Shown here piece after piece: positions 36,398 to 48,279 of a DNA stretch of 64,000 nt. The position numbers and the translations under genes are program-made. This stretch comes from Callorhinchus milii (lineage: Eukaryota), in the NCBI RefSeq assembly GCF_018977255.1, contig NW_024704742.1, forward strand, positions 93,312,001 to 93,376,000, in the 5' to 3' direction. Every line of letters starts with the position of its first letter. The first letter of the stretch is position 1. The notes below the pieces were generated by a model. That model saw only the letters and a list, made by a program, of their open reading frames with translations, was not told the DNA's origin and did no database searches.

Positions 36398-38440
36398 AAT
36401 CATAGAATCATAGAATTATACAACACAGAAGGAGGCCATCCGGCCCATTTTGTTTGTGCCGGCTCTCTGAAAAGAGCTATTCAATTCAATCCCAATCCCC
36501 TGCTTTCTCCCCATAGCTCTGTGTCCTCCCCAAATAATTATCTACTTTTCTCTTAAGAGTTGTTATCGAATCAGCTTCCACCACCCTTTCAGGCAATGCA
36601 CAAGTTATCGACCCACCTACCAGTGGAAATAGTTTCTCCCTGTCCACCCTATCGAATCCCCTCCTAATTTTGAAAACTTCTATTAAGTCTCCTCTTAACC
36701 TTCGCTGCTCCAAGGAGAATAATCCTCGCTTCTGTAGCTTCACCCGATAACTGAAGTCCCTCATTGCTGGTATCATCCTGGTAAATCTCCATTGCACTCT
36801 CTCCAATGCCTTGACATCCTTCCTAAGGTGTGGTGCCCAGAACTGAACACAGTCTCCAGCTGTGGCCTAATCAATGTATTATAAAAGTTCATCATAACTT
36901 TCTGACTTTTGTATTCTGTGCCCCTATTTATAAATCCTAGTATCCTGTATATATTATTTTCTTTATCTCCCTGTCCTGCCACCTTCAAAGATTTACTTAT
37001 ATGAACCCCCAGGTCTCGCTGTTCTTTCACCCACTTTATGATTGTACCATCTAGGTTATTTTGCCTCTCCTCATTCATCCTCCCAAAATGCATTCACTTT
37101 GCATTTCTCCACATTAAACTTCATCTGCCACGTGTCTGCCCATTTTACCCATCTGTCTATATCCATTTGCAGTCTGCTACTATCCTCCTCACTGTTTACT
37201 ACTTTTCCTAGCTTAGTATCATCTGCAAACTTGGAAATTGTACTCCCTATACCCAAGTCCAGGTCATTTATATAGATAACAATAATCCCTCCAAAACAAA
37301 AAAAATAAATTGGTCATTTTCAATCTACGACTGTTTGTGGGACATTGCTGTGCGCAATTGGCTGCCGCGTTCGCCCACAAATATACAGTCAATTCACTTT
37401 ACAGTATATTCTGTGAAGCGCTTTGGGATATCTAGAAGACGTGAAAAGTGCTATATCAAATGCAAGGATTATTATTATATTATTATTATAAAAACAACAG
37501 TGGCCACAATATTGACCCATGGGAGACACCACTGCACACTTGCCTCCAGTCAGAAAAGAACCATTCATCACCACTCTCTGCTTTCTGTCTTCCAGCCAGT
37601 TCTGTATCCATGCTGCCACTGTCCCTTTAATACTGTGGGTTTCTATTTTGCTTACAAGTCTCTTATGTGGAACTTTATCATACGCCTTTTGAAAATCCAT
37701 ATAAAATACATTTGCCTTTAACAAATCCATATTGGCTAACCTTTATTAACCTATATTTTTCTAAGTGAAAATTTGTTTTGTCCCGGCTTATAGTCTCTAG
37801 AAGTTTCCCCACTATTGACGTTAGGCTGACTGGCCTGTAGTTCCTGGGGTTATCCTTCTGTCCCTTTTTGTATAGCGGAGTAACATTTGCAACCCTCCAG
37901 TCCTCTGGTACCACCCCAGTGTCCAAGGAGGATTGAAAGATTGTGGCCAGAACCTCCGTTATTTCCACTCTTACTTCCCTTAGTAACCTAGGATGCATCC
38001 CGTCCGGACCGGGTGACTTATCTATCTTGAGCACCGACAACCTTTTTAGTACCTCCTCTTGGTTTATCCAATTTCTCTACCCTCTCCTCCGATACTATGG
38101 CATTGGCTGCATCCTCTTCTTTTGTGAAGACAGATGCAAAGTAAAGAATTCATTCAGTACGTCAGCCATGCCTCTGCCTCCACAAGAAAATTTCCTCTTT
38201 GGTCACTAATTGGACCCACCCTACCTTTGCCTAACCTTTCATTCTCTATATGCTTATTAAGGTACCCTTTTATGTTACCCACTAATCTTTCTCATACAAT
38301 CTCTTTGCCCCTCTTATTTTCTTTATCAGTTCTTCACTGTACTTTCTATATTCTAGTTGATTATCTTCCATATTTTGGATCTGACATTTATCATAAAACT
38401 CCTTTTTCTGTTTTATTTTAATCCCAATTTTCTTGCAATT
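36398..38440 (-). mobile_element. CR1 LINE, 5'-truncated and frameshifted
   Basis: KSPGPDGMHPRLL, NYRPVSLTSIVGKLLE, YMDFQKAYDKVPH, SKFADDTKLG, LFSLEQRRLRGDLIEVFK; (ATTCTATG)n tail at about 36400. Confidence 0.95.
37277..37489 (+). mobile_element. 5'-truncated SINE inserted in CR1
   Basis: CR1 ORF2 continues on both sides. Confidence 0.88.
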
Positions 38441-38959
38441 CACAGCGAATGCAGACAATTAGCAATGAGAGACTCGCAATGTACAGGGGAAGCGCAGGAG
38501 AGAACATTAAAGTGGTGTACCAGGTAGCCTGCACAACTTTGTTTCAATTATAATCTTAGTTTGTTTAATTTGCTCACCTTCCGGGCTGAACATTCACCCA
38601 ACTCCAGACAGTAAGTGCTGCCATTCTAATTGAATGGGAGCAAACTCCTCGCACACACTTTCCTCTCGGGGTCACTGGATTGTGATCAAGATTAGGAACT
38701 CTGGGTGATTTTCCCCTTTCCTATATCTAGAGAACTGGACCTGGGTCATGGTCTGACTGTCCCAGTTTCCCATTACCAGCTGAGTCGGTAGCAGATGGGG
38801 CATGAGGGATGGAGTGAAGAAGGAGCTCATAAAACACTTTTACAAACTTATACAGCATGTCATTTACATTAAATGAAATTTGGATTTGTAAGAATTTGTT
38901 TGTCAAAATTAGCCAGATTTTGTTTTGATGATGCCTGGCATCAGATGAAGACAACATTA

Positions 38960-39096
38960 TCTTTAGGGAGGACAAGTTTGCATGGCTATGGGGAGAGTGC
39001 GGGGGAGTGGGATTGATTTGGACAGCTCTTTTAAAAGAGCCAGCACAGACACGACAGGACGAATGGCCTCCTTCTGCGCTGTATAATTCTATGATT
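38960..39096 (+). mobile_element. CR1 3' end fragment
   Basis: gaatggcctccttctgcgctgtataattctatgatt. Confidence 0.8.
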
Positions 39097-42000
39097 GGAC
39101 TCAGGAGTGATGTGGTGCCTCTGCAGTTGAATATCTTGCTGTTGCTCAGACACCAAAAATAGCCACTTAGGCAAGGAACTGGAGCAAAACACGGACTTTT
39201 AGATTTCATACCCCAACACCAGACAGTGACTTCAGGAGACAAGGAGGAGAAAGGAGGAGGTTGATGTTACAGATTCAACAAATAAACCACGCACATTGTT
39301 TTTGTTTCCAGGAACTAGAAACTTTCCAGGCTCCCAACCAACACATCCAAACGGAAATCAAACAAACATCAGATTTAGTGATTCCAGCTCGCTGGCTGTG
39401 AGGATTCAAGGTTATCATCTGACATGATCTGATAATAAGATTAAAAGTGGAAGTTGATAATCCCAGGTTGTGATTTGACAAACAATTCACCACTATTATA
39501 TCTGCAGCAGGGTTTCTACCTGGAACACAATATCAATGTGACTGTTTAAGACCACTGGCTTTTTGCTCACCTGATTCAATGAGATGTTCTGGTGACTGAA
39601 AGCTCCAGACCTGGCTCTTTTATTTCAGTTTACAGTCTGCCTCCCTGTTTACAGCTCCTTTGACAGGCATCCTTTACACGGTGGGTCAGAGATACCAAAT
39701 CTCCAGTGTGACTCTTCACTCAGTTGCAGTAATGTGCTATTTTTGTCCTCTGTTGACACCGCCTGTGAGCTGTGTATCAGATATACGTGGACACTGAAAC
39801 ATCCAAACCATGCAGAGCAACACAGAAAGTCTCAAAGGTCAAAAAATCTGCAGAATTAATACAACTGTAATTGCCGAAGGACAAAAATATCAAAGCGAGC
39901 TTCCTTGCTAATCTATTTGGGAATAGCTTCATTAAAGCGATTTTTATTTCAGGTCAGTGTTAAAGCAGTAATTCTACTGCAGATTGAGTAGATTTAATGT
40001 GGGTCTTGGTGCCTTTAGACTAAATGTGGCATTACTACTGTGCTCATGTTCCGCTGCATAGTAGTTTAATGGTATCTGAGTCACTTCGTATGTTGAGAGT
40101 ATTACGAAACTAAGGAGAGTATTTTTTTCTTTATCTGCCATTCCAATATAATGATTCTACCATTTAACAACTTAATCATAGAAAATAGTTAAGTTAATTA
40201 CGCCCAATTAATTTTTTTAAGTGCATAAATTGGGGAATTTGTTTTTTTCTGCTTGTTCTAGAGCATTGTTTTGATTTGTTTTGTTTCTTTCCCTCTTCAA
40301 TTATAGGAACATGGTCATTGACCATTACAGTCTATCTGGTCAATCCCAAAGTAAAACGTAATCTACAATTACGCACCAATTCTCAAACCAACACATTTTT
40401 CTAAACTGTTTAATAATGAGATTTTTCGTTGTAAAGAAATGGTGTTGGTTGCGAGCTGTTGTTGCTGCCAATGGAGCACAGTGTTTCAGCGTTATTATTA
40501 TTATTATTATTATATAGTAAGAAACTCTGAAATAAACTTAAATTATTTACTCTTTTTTCAGGTACAAACCCCATACCTCCCCTCAACTTCAGTGGCATCA
40601 CACAAGATACCAGGAGTTCAATCTGATTCAAGATGGCATGAAAAAGACTCAGTAAGCAAAGGTTATTTTAGAGTTTCGGACTATATAATAATCATAATTA
40701 TATAGCCTTACATTTGATAGTGCGCCTTTCATGAGGATGGCTCAAAGCGTTTCACATGATTTACTGTAAAATGTAGTAATTGTGTGTTTTGATTATCACA
40801 TTACATATTGCATTTTTCACCTCTACATCTCAGCTCTTCATAACTGCTCCCTATTTAGCCAACAGTTTATGAATGCCTAGAGAAGATTAGTTGATATCAT
40901 CAAGTCCCGATCGGCCTTCTGTTTATTGTTTTGGTTAGTGGTGAGCTCCATCTTGTGGCTTAACTGAGACCTGACACGATATTTCCTACATACTGCAATT
41001 GCACTTGAGGGCAATCTGCCCTGAAACTTGAATCCTTGCCACAACCTTCTGACTGGAATTCAAACCAGTGTTTGAAGTACCATGTAATTGAGCTGTTCTC
41101 TTAACACTAGAGATCAAAAGCCAGACATGTCTACACGTTCTATTTGTAAAATAATTTCTCCTGTTGTGACACTTTGGACCACTCTAGAACTAAACAATTA
41201 AATTAACAAGTGAAACAGACAGATGGTAGGATTTGGCCCGGGCTGTGTGAAGATTGTTGCTCCTCTTAGGTGCTGTCCATCGGAGGGGATGTTGAACAAC
41301 CAACTAGTGCGTATCCTCCTTGGGGGGAAGGTAAGCGGGGTATCCTTGGAGCTAAACTTGGCAAAGGAATGTCAGAATCGAGCCAGCCCTCTGTGGTAGT
41401 CTTGGTAGTCTGGTTCATCCAGGGCACTACTACGATGATCCAGCCTGGTTCATCGGCATGACCTTGAAGGGAAAACCAGTCACTGGATGCAAGGAATCAT
41501 CCCACTCAGCTCCTGTTAACGCTGCAAGCCAAAGCTTAGAACCAAATTTGCTAAATTATGATCTGTGTGGCTTTCTGCTACACCCACTTAGAAACTGTGG
41601 GAACAATTCCATCTTTTTATGTTGCAGAACCTCAAGAAGTTGCCTTTTATACCACTTTATTACACATAATTGCCTCAAGGTTATTTCAGGCAAATGCAAC
41701 AATAATTTGCACCACTAAAGATCCACTAAAGATCCACAACCATGAAATGAATCATCAAGTTACTTAAAGGACTGTGGCCAGAACACCAGGAGATCCTCCA
41801 TTCTTTTATTCTCTTGTCATGGGATCTTCAACATCCAGCTTAACAGAAAGATGGGAGCTTGGTTTAACATCTCATTCAAAAGACTCAACTCCAATACTCT
41901 CCTACTAAAGTGCCAGTTTAGAGTATGAACTCTAGTCTCAATGTGAAGCATGAACTTATAACCTTCTGTTCCAGAGGCAAAGTGCTCTACCAACTGAGCC

Positions 42001-43265
42001 ACATAACACAATGAATAGCAAACCAACAATTAAGAAGAGTTCAGATCATATACAGTAGCTTTTCAAGCAGATTTTGCAATTGCTTCGACTGTTTACACAA
42101 ATAACCTTATTTTGTTATTCTCATGTTCTTTTACTGTTTGATAAATGTTGTTAAATGTTGTATGAACTTGAAATGACACCAGAACCCCAGTTTTCTGATA
42201 TCTGTTTGGAGCCGTGTTCTTGTGGGTCATTGTGACATACATGGGACACATGGGGTTTCCTGGGGGAATGATCTTTACTTCCTGAGACACTTCTCCGAGA
42301 GAGAGGAGTCATTTGTGCTGACATGTTCCCAATGGGGGCTTCTGCAATCCCACTGAATCGTGAAAGCATAACTCCTACGCTTTTAGAAGGTTATTCATTG
42401 ACTTCGAATTTGAGGAGAGCAACCCAAAGACTAACATAGTACAAAACCAGCACAGCATGACTCTGTCACTACTTGAAACCCTAGATGAGGTCCGTTATCA
42501 TTGGCATGAACACCCTGTGACCAGTGTAATTTGGATAATGGATGTCTGCCAGTCATACCTTTGGCAAGTATTTATTTTTACAAATAGATGTTCTCGTGCA
42601 ATGGAGCAGACCCACAAAGAACTGTAGTAAATCGTCTTACAAATTAAGACTGACTTTAGGAATTTTCCAAAAATTATGCATGATCTTAAATGTATTGTCG
42701 AAGGTGCCATCCCTCAGAATAAGATATTAAATCGACATTCCATCTGCCTGTTCGAGGAAGTGTTCAAATTCCTATGCCACTATTTGAAAAGAGAACAAAG
42801 TTTCTAGTGGTTTCCTGCCCAACAATCCTCCAGATAAATTGATCCTTCACACAATGGTGGTTTATGGCATTCCTATACACAAATTGCCTCTCATGTTTGC
42901 AATACCATCACAGTCATTACACTAGATAAAAATTGCTTTTGAAGCATTTTGACATTAGTAATAATAAATAATAAGCCTTATATTTGATATAGCACCTTAT
43001 TGTTTTGTCATGGAAACATGTCTAAGCACTTCACAGGATATACTGCAAAGTGTAGACACTGTGTTTGCAGGCAAACACAAGCATTGCACTGGAGTATCAA
43101 CTAGGTGGACCTTGAGCTCACAAGCTTCTGATGCTAAGGCACAGGGCCTCCAAATGAGTGTAGGACCTAAATCAAATGCAAAGATTATTACAATATCAGG
43201 TACTGGAGGTTTCTCTAAATCTATACTCTAGCACATTACAATGTCTTCAAGTAGAGATTACTGGG

Positions 43266-43344
43266 AAAAGGAAAAAAAGAAGATACATGTCCTAATAAAG
43301 AAATTATTTATTTATTATGACATGTACCTTCTTTTTTTCCTTTT
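43266..43344. repeat. 34-bp inverted repeat with an 11-nt loop
   Basis: Arms 43266-43299 and 43311-43344, 2 mismatches. Confidence 0.9.
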
Positions 43345-44579
43345 TTACCAATGCTGAGACTGCACTGACCACAAAAGTCACTTAATGTTTACATCTTTTT
43401 TATAAGCTGCTATCCTTTGAGTTTATATGACACTAGCATTGTTAAACAATACCCAGTTTTTAACTTGATGCCTGCCTTTTTAAAATTCTCTCAGATGGGC
43501 ATTTATTACATGGTTGTTTGCAGATTAATTAATCACTGTTTTTGCCTACAAATATATGATAACTACACTTGGCAAACATTACCTGTGAACACTTTGAGGC
43601 ATTTCAATATTCTAGGGATAATTTATTATTATGATTATCATCATTAATAATTATTGTTAATAATACTGGGAAACAGTAATTATTAACTATTACGACTAAT
43701 AATAACAATAATAAAGTCCGCGACTGGGTTGGAAACAGGGAAGCAGGCCACAAGAGAAGCAAGAGAAGCAAAGTAAGCCATTGTGCTTCAAAATGGCGAT
43801 AGACTTAGAGAATAAAAGGATAATATACAGTCAATTCACTTTACAGCATATTCTGTGAAGCCCTTTGAAACGTCGAGAAGACGTGAAAAGCGCTATATCA
43901 AATGTAAGTATTATTATTAGAGCTCCTACCCTCTGAAGGAAACGTTTTGCAATAGTATCTGAACACCAAAGGTAATGAACAAGTAGTTCAGTGTGGAATG
44001 GCAACACAAATCAGAGGACTGTTGTGCTATTGTGAGAAATGGTCATTAATATTACTGTACCTATTGCCTTCATCCTTGGTTTGAGTTGATAACTAACAAG
44101 AAAGGAAATGGGAGAACAGAGAAATATTCAGTGTCAAAAGCTGTGCATTTCTTTTGTATTTCTTCGAATGCCTGAGTGAACCAACACCTTGACTCTGAAG
44201 AATCCTTTTATTCTGCAAGAGCTGGGAACGGCGTCTCTTTAATAACAGTCTTAACACATTCATCAAAACAATGAGCAGTGACTGGAAACCTCTGCATACC
44301 TAGACTTCTTCCTAAAGCTGATTGATTTGGCAAAGGCACTATACAATTGCAAATCCGCCAGTGCCAACTGCATTGAGACAAGATTTTTTTTCCATATCTT
44401 GTTACATTGAACCCTGATGCTTTAATCTGGGCTCAGTTTGTAAATCTCCAGTCAGATCATGTGGGTTTGACTCTTTTCCATTGCCGAGTCTCAACAGGAC
44501 AGGTGCATGGCTGCAATGAAAATACTTGAATGTGGAAACAATTCTGCTCTGTTTATTAGATTTGCCGTAAAGTCTTATT

Positions 44580-44990
44580 TTTTTCCCAGTCCAATTCGCT
44601 TTTCTTGAAGCTGCTGACTCATGTTTGAGTATTATTCCAAAGGCATTGGCTCTGTCTGAGCCTTCACCCAGATGACTAATTTAAATGTGTATGCCAGACA
44701 GTGAGTGTTGGCACAATATTTCACTGTGGGGACATCACAACCCAATCCTTACTCTCAAATAAAATTCACACATATACAGTATGTGATGCCCAGCATGGGC
44801 CATTGGATAGGGATAAGGAACAAGAATCCTGACTGTTTTTTCCTCCCCTATCCCAGGAGTACTGAGCACAATTGTGGTACTTCATCTGGGATTGGTTAAC
44901 TGGGCACAGACCAGGAATAGGAATGCAAATCTTCCAGATCTGCATGGGGCAGTTTCACACTTGACAATGGTTTTATCAAGGGAACCATTG
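44580..44990 (-). mobile_element. Third, ancient SINE-like repeat family (name not assigned); other copies near 10.7, 34.0, 38.6, 51.6 and 52.8 kb
   Basis: Shared blocks such as ggtcattggatagcgatcag and aatcctgactgttttttcctcccc. Confidence 0.55.
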
Positions 44991-45552
44991 CGGGGAGGTG
45001 AAATAAAGACACTTTTAAAAATAAATAAGATGAAATACAGTTCCTACAACCTGTTGCTCTTTTCGAGTTTAATGATTTAATGTTATGTCGAAGGTACGAT
45101 TTTTAAAAAAAAATTAAAAAGTGAATGGGATAGGAATGTGTATCTATTGTCGCTTATACTGTTTGGGAAAATTTGCTTCTTAGAACATGGTGGTGTGATG
45201 GGAGGTGGGGGGAAAACATTGCCCAACAGCTACTGCTTATGATTATATATATTATTCTGAGTACCAATGCTGCGACTGGAAACAAATACTTGAGGATAAC
45301 AATATAATAATAATAATCCTTACAGTTGATATAGCATCTTATCAAGTCACCGAAATGTTTCAAAGTGTTTCAAAGGATTTAATTGGAAGTGTAGTTACTG
45401 TATATTTGTATGTGAACGCAGCAGCCACAAAGTGAATGATCAATATTTATCTGGGGGATGGTTGGCCAGGGCATCAGGAGAAATTCCCTTCTCTTTTTGG
45501 ACAGTGCTACAGGATTGTTAACATCCATTCGAACAGTCAGGTTTAATACCTC

Positions 45553-45890
45553 AACAACAACAACAACTTGGATTTATATAGCGCCCTCCACGCCAGGCGA
45601 CGTCTCAGAGCGCTTTACAGTTTTGGATCCTGGGGCCGAGACAGGGGGAGGGGGAGGAAGGTGACCAAAGGCGCAGTCGAAAAGAAAGGTCTTCAGCAGA
45701 GACCTGAAAATGGGAAGGGAGGGAACGAGACGAAGGGAGTGAGGAAGGCAGTTCCAGAGCCTCGGGGTACAGTGGCTGAAGGCACGGCCGTCAAGGGCGG
45801 AGCGGAGGACTTGGGGGACGAGGAGGAGGCCAGACCCGGAGGAACGAAGGCAACAGGTACTGTTTTGAGGAGAGAGGAGGATTGAAGGAT
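45553..45890 (-). mobile_element. L2 3' fragment of a second subfamily, nested in an old SINE
   Basis: RAFSHCTPRLWNCLP...LKTFLFDCAF; (TTG)n tail; SINE sequence on both sides. Confidence 0.85.
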
Positions 45891-46066
45891 AGCACCTTGG
45901 CAATGTGACACACCCACAGCACTGTATTCAAGTGTCAGCTGAGACTGTCAGCTCAGAGTCAGTATGTGGAGCTTGAACCAATAATCTTCTGACTCAGAGG
46001 TTCAATCCAAGTGTGATTGAAGAGGGGTAAATTCAGAAGGAATCTATGCAAACACTATTTTAGTGT

Positions 46067-46565
46067 GGAGTCCTGTAGCTCAGTGGTTTAGCACTCGCCT
46101 TGCTAGCAAGAGACTTGGGTTCGATTCCGGCAGGGTGAAACCTTGGATAAGTTTCCTTACTCCACACGCCTGATAATAATCCCTCAAGAAAAAAATAATA
46201 AATTGGTCACTCAATCCACGACTGTTTGTGGGACACTGCTGAGAACAATTGACTGCCGCGTTTCGCTCATAAATAAACAGTCAATTCACTTTACAGTACG
46301 GGAACGCTCAGCAGGTCAGGCAGCATCTATGGAAAAAGGAAAGTGAGTCAATGTTTCGGGTCCACAACCTTTCGTTAGAACTGTGGCATGTTGGGAGGGA
46401 GAGGCTTTTAAGGGCTAACAGAGGGGGAAGACAGGGCAAGGAAGACAAAGGAAAAAATGGGGTGGAGGACAGGGGATGATGGATTAAAGAGGTGCTAATG
46501 GTGCAAAACAGGGAGGAAATATCAAATGCAAGGATTATTATTATTAGTAGTAGTAGTTATTATTA
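46067..46565 (+). mobile_element. Same SINE family, interrupted at about 46298-46518
   Basis: Head and core, then foreign sequence, then the tail. Confidence 0.8.
46299..46520 (-). mobile_element. Penelope-like element fragment inside a young SINE
   Basis: Homologous to 31590-31752; the SINE tail resumes at about 46519. Confidence 0.6.
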
Positions 46566-46790
46566 GTGAGCGAATAGTGAACCTGTAGAACTGGCTCCCT
46601 AGGGAGATGGTTGAAGGAGGAAGTGTTGATTCTTTCAGACACAGATTAGATAATTTTCTTTTTGGAAATAACATTATGGGGTATAATACATAGGCATTTT
46701 GGAACATATGTGCATGCGACCGCCAGGAAGGTGGAAGGCGAACTAGATGGACCTTGATCTTTTTCTGTCTAGCATTTCTTATGTTCTCAT
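46566..46790 (+). mobile_element. CR1-like 3' fragment (different family)
   Basis: ORF2-end remnant (RIVNL-NWLPREMVE...SFRHRLD) followed by a ttcttatgttct tail. Confidence 0.65.
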
Positions 46791-47574
46791 GTAAAAGTGC
46801 TACCAACTGAGCCAATGTGTTTAGCTTGGTTACAGGGTATTCACAGTCAAGATTCTTCCTTGTGCGTTGATTGAATGGAAGCCAATGGGATTGATGTGTG
46901 CCATTGCTTTATTATTGAAACAACTTAAATTAAGAAAAAAATTAAATGTTTTTGATATCACTGAAAAAGTACATTAAAGAACCAGAAAGATTCAGTCGCT
47001 TGAAATGCAGCTAAAAGACTCTCAAGAGGAGATTGAATCAACAGAAAAAGAAAAGAAATGTTCCACAACTGTGTTTAAATACAGTAATAGGCAATTAGCA
47101 CATTTACTGAACCAACCACAGGCACTGCTTGAACATTCCCATCTTGATTGGTAAACTTAAATTTTTGAACAGATTATCCAAGTTCGATCTGAACTGTGAT
47201 AATTGAAAGAGAATTGTTTCACATGAAATAGATTCGCAACGTATATAAGAGGATTAAATCCAATCACTGCCACTTGCAAATATCTGATTCAGTATCTCTC
47301 CCCTTGGAAATGGGATTTGAGAGGCTCCGAAGGATTGTAACAAAGGGGTCTAATGTGCGATATCTGTAAAAGGGATGGGAAGTGCAAATTGTCTGCTCTG
47401 AATGCCAGCAGCGCACCAAAAATAAACAGAGAGCAAAACGCTATCTCCTTACTGATGTCCCTTTTCCTCGCACCATGGCTGCTTCTGAAGATTGCTGACC
47501 AAATATAAAAATGAAGAAAATAACCACCTGTAGACTTCCATTTAAAACATGCAGTCAATATTCAATTTACTCAT

Positions 47575-47845
47575 GTCCCCACCCTACCCGCCCCATCATC
47601 AACTCAGGTGACAAGCTTTCAGCCTTTCCGCCCCCAAACTCCATCCTAGAATTCCTCCAACTCTCGTCTTCCCTGAGCTCGTTCAAGGTCCATCGCAAGA
47701 CCGAACTCTCTGACCGTGCTTTCGGTCATCTTTCCCCTCCCACCCCTCAACTCCTACCCCTGGCTTGGGTGCTCAGTCAGGATTATTGAGGACCTTGGGT
47801 CGTCCTCCTGACATGAAAGGCGCTGTAATAAATGTAAATTTGTAC
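47575..47845 (+). mobile_element. Old L2 3' fragment
   Basis: FKVHRKTELSDRAF and a decayed tail. Confidence 0.7.
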
Positions 47846-47881
47846 TGTATTGTATTTATATTCAATATTACTGACCTGTGG

Positions 47882-47946
47882 CCAATTGCTAATCTGTAAA
47901 ACGTGTGAAATTAAAACTAGATTCTGTTTTTAACTACAGTATAAAG
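47882..47946 (+). promoter_or_regulatory. Candidate TDGF1 core promoter (CCAAT at 47882, TATAAAG at 47940)
   Basis: Motif match about 310 bp upstream of the ATG; no transcript evidence. Confidence 0.3.
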
Positions 47947-48256
47947 GAAGAAATGCTGCGCTGGGGATGATAATAATAGTAAAACCGGCCTCTTTACTTT
48001 CGATTGGAGGGCAGATTGCTGAATAAAGATTACACTTGGATGCTTTTGAATGTGAATGTTGGTTGGTATTCAAGCTCTGTGGTTTGAGAAAGCAGAGGTG
48101 AGAATTGTCTGCCAATGTGTTGATTGCTCCCTGTTGCTCCACATCCTGGGCTCAGACCTGGGAGTCAGAAACCATTCATTCATCCCCTTCCAGTCTGGAG
48201 AAACAGGACACAACTTTAACAGTGGAAAACTGGATAGCAAACGTTTTGCAGGAGAA

Positions 48257-48279
48257 ATGAACTCTTTAGCAGTTATTGG
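48257..48279 (+). CDS. TDGF1: TDGF1 coding exon 1
   Basis: ATG NSLAVI+GG|gtaagt. Confidence 0.75.

Noticed and set aside
42190..42270. CGSL*HTW string resembling a CFC domain start
   Set aside because: Too short, later cysteines absent, and on the wrong side of the duplicated intron segment.
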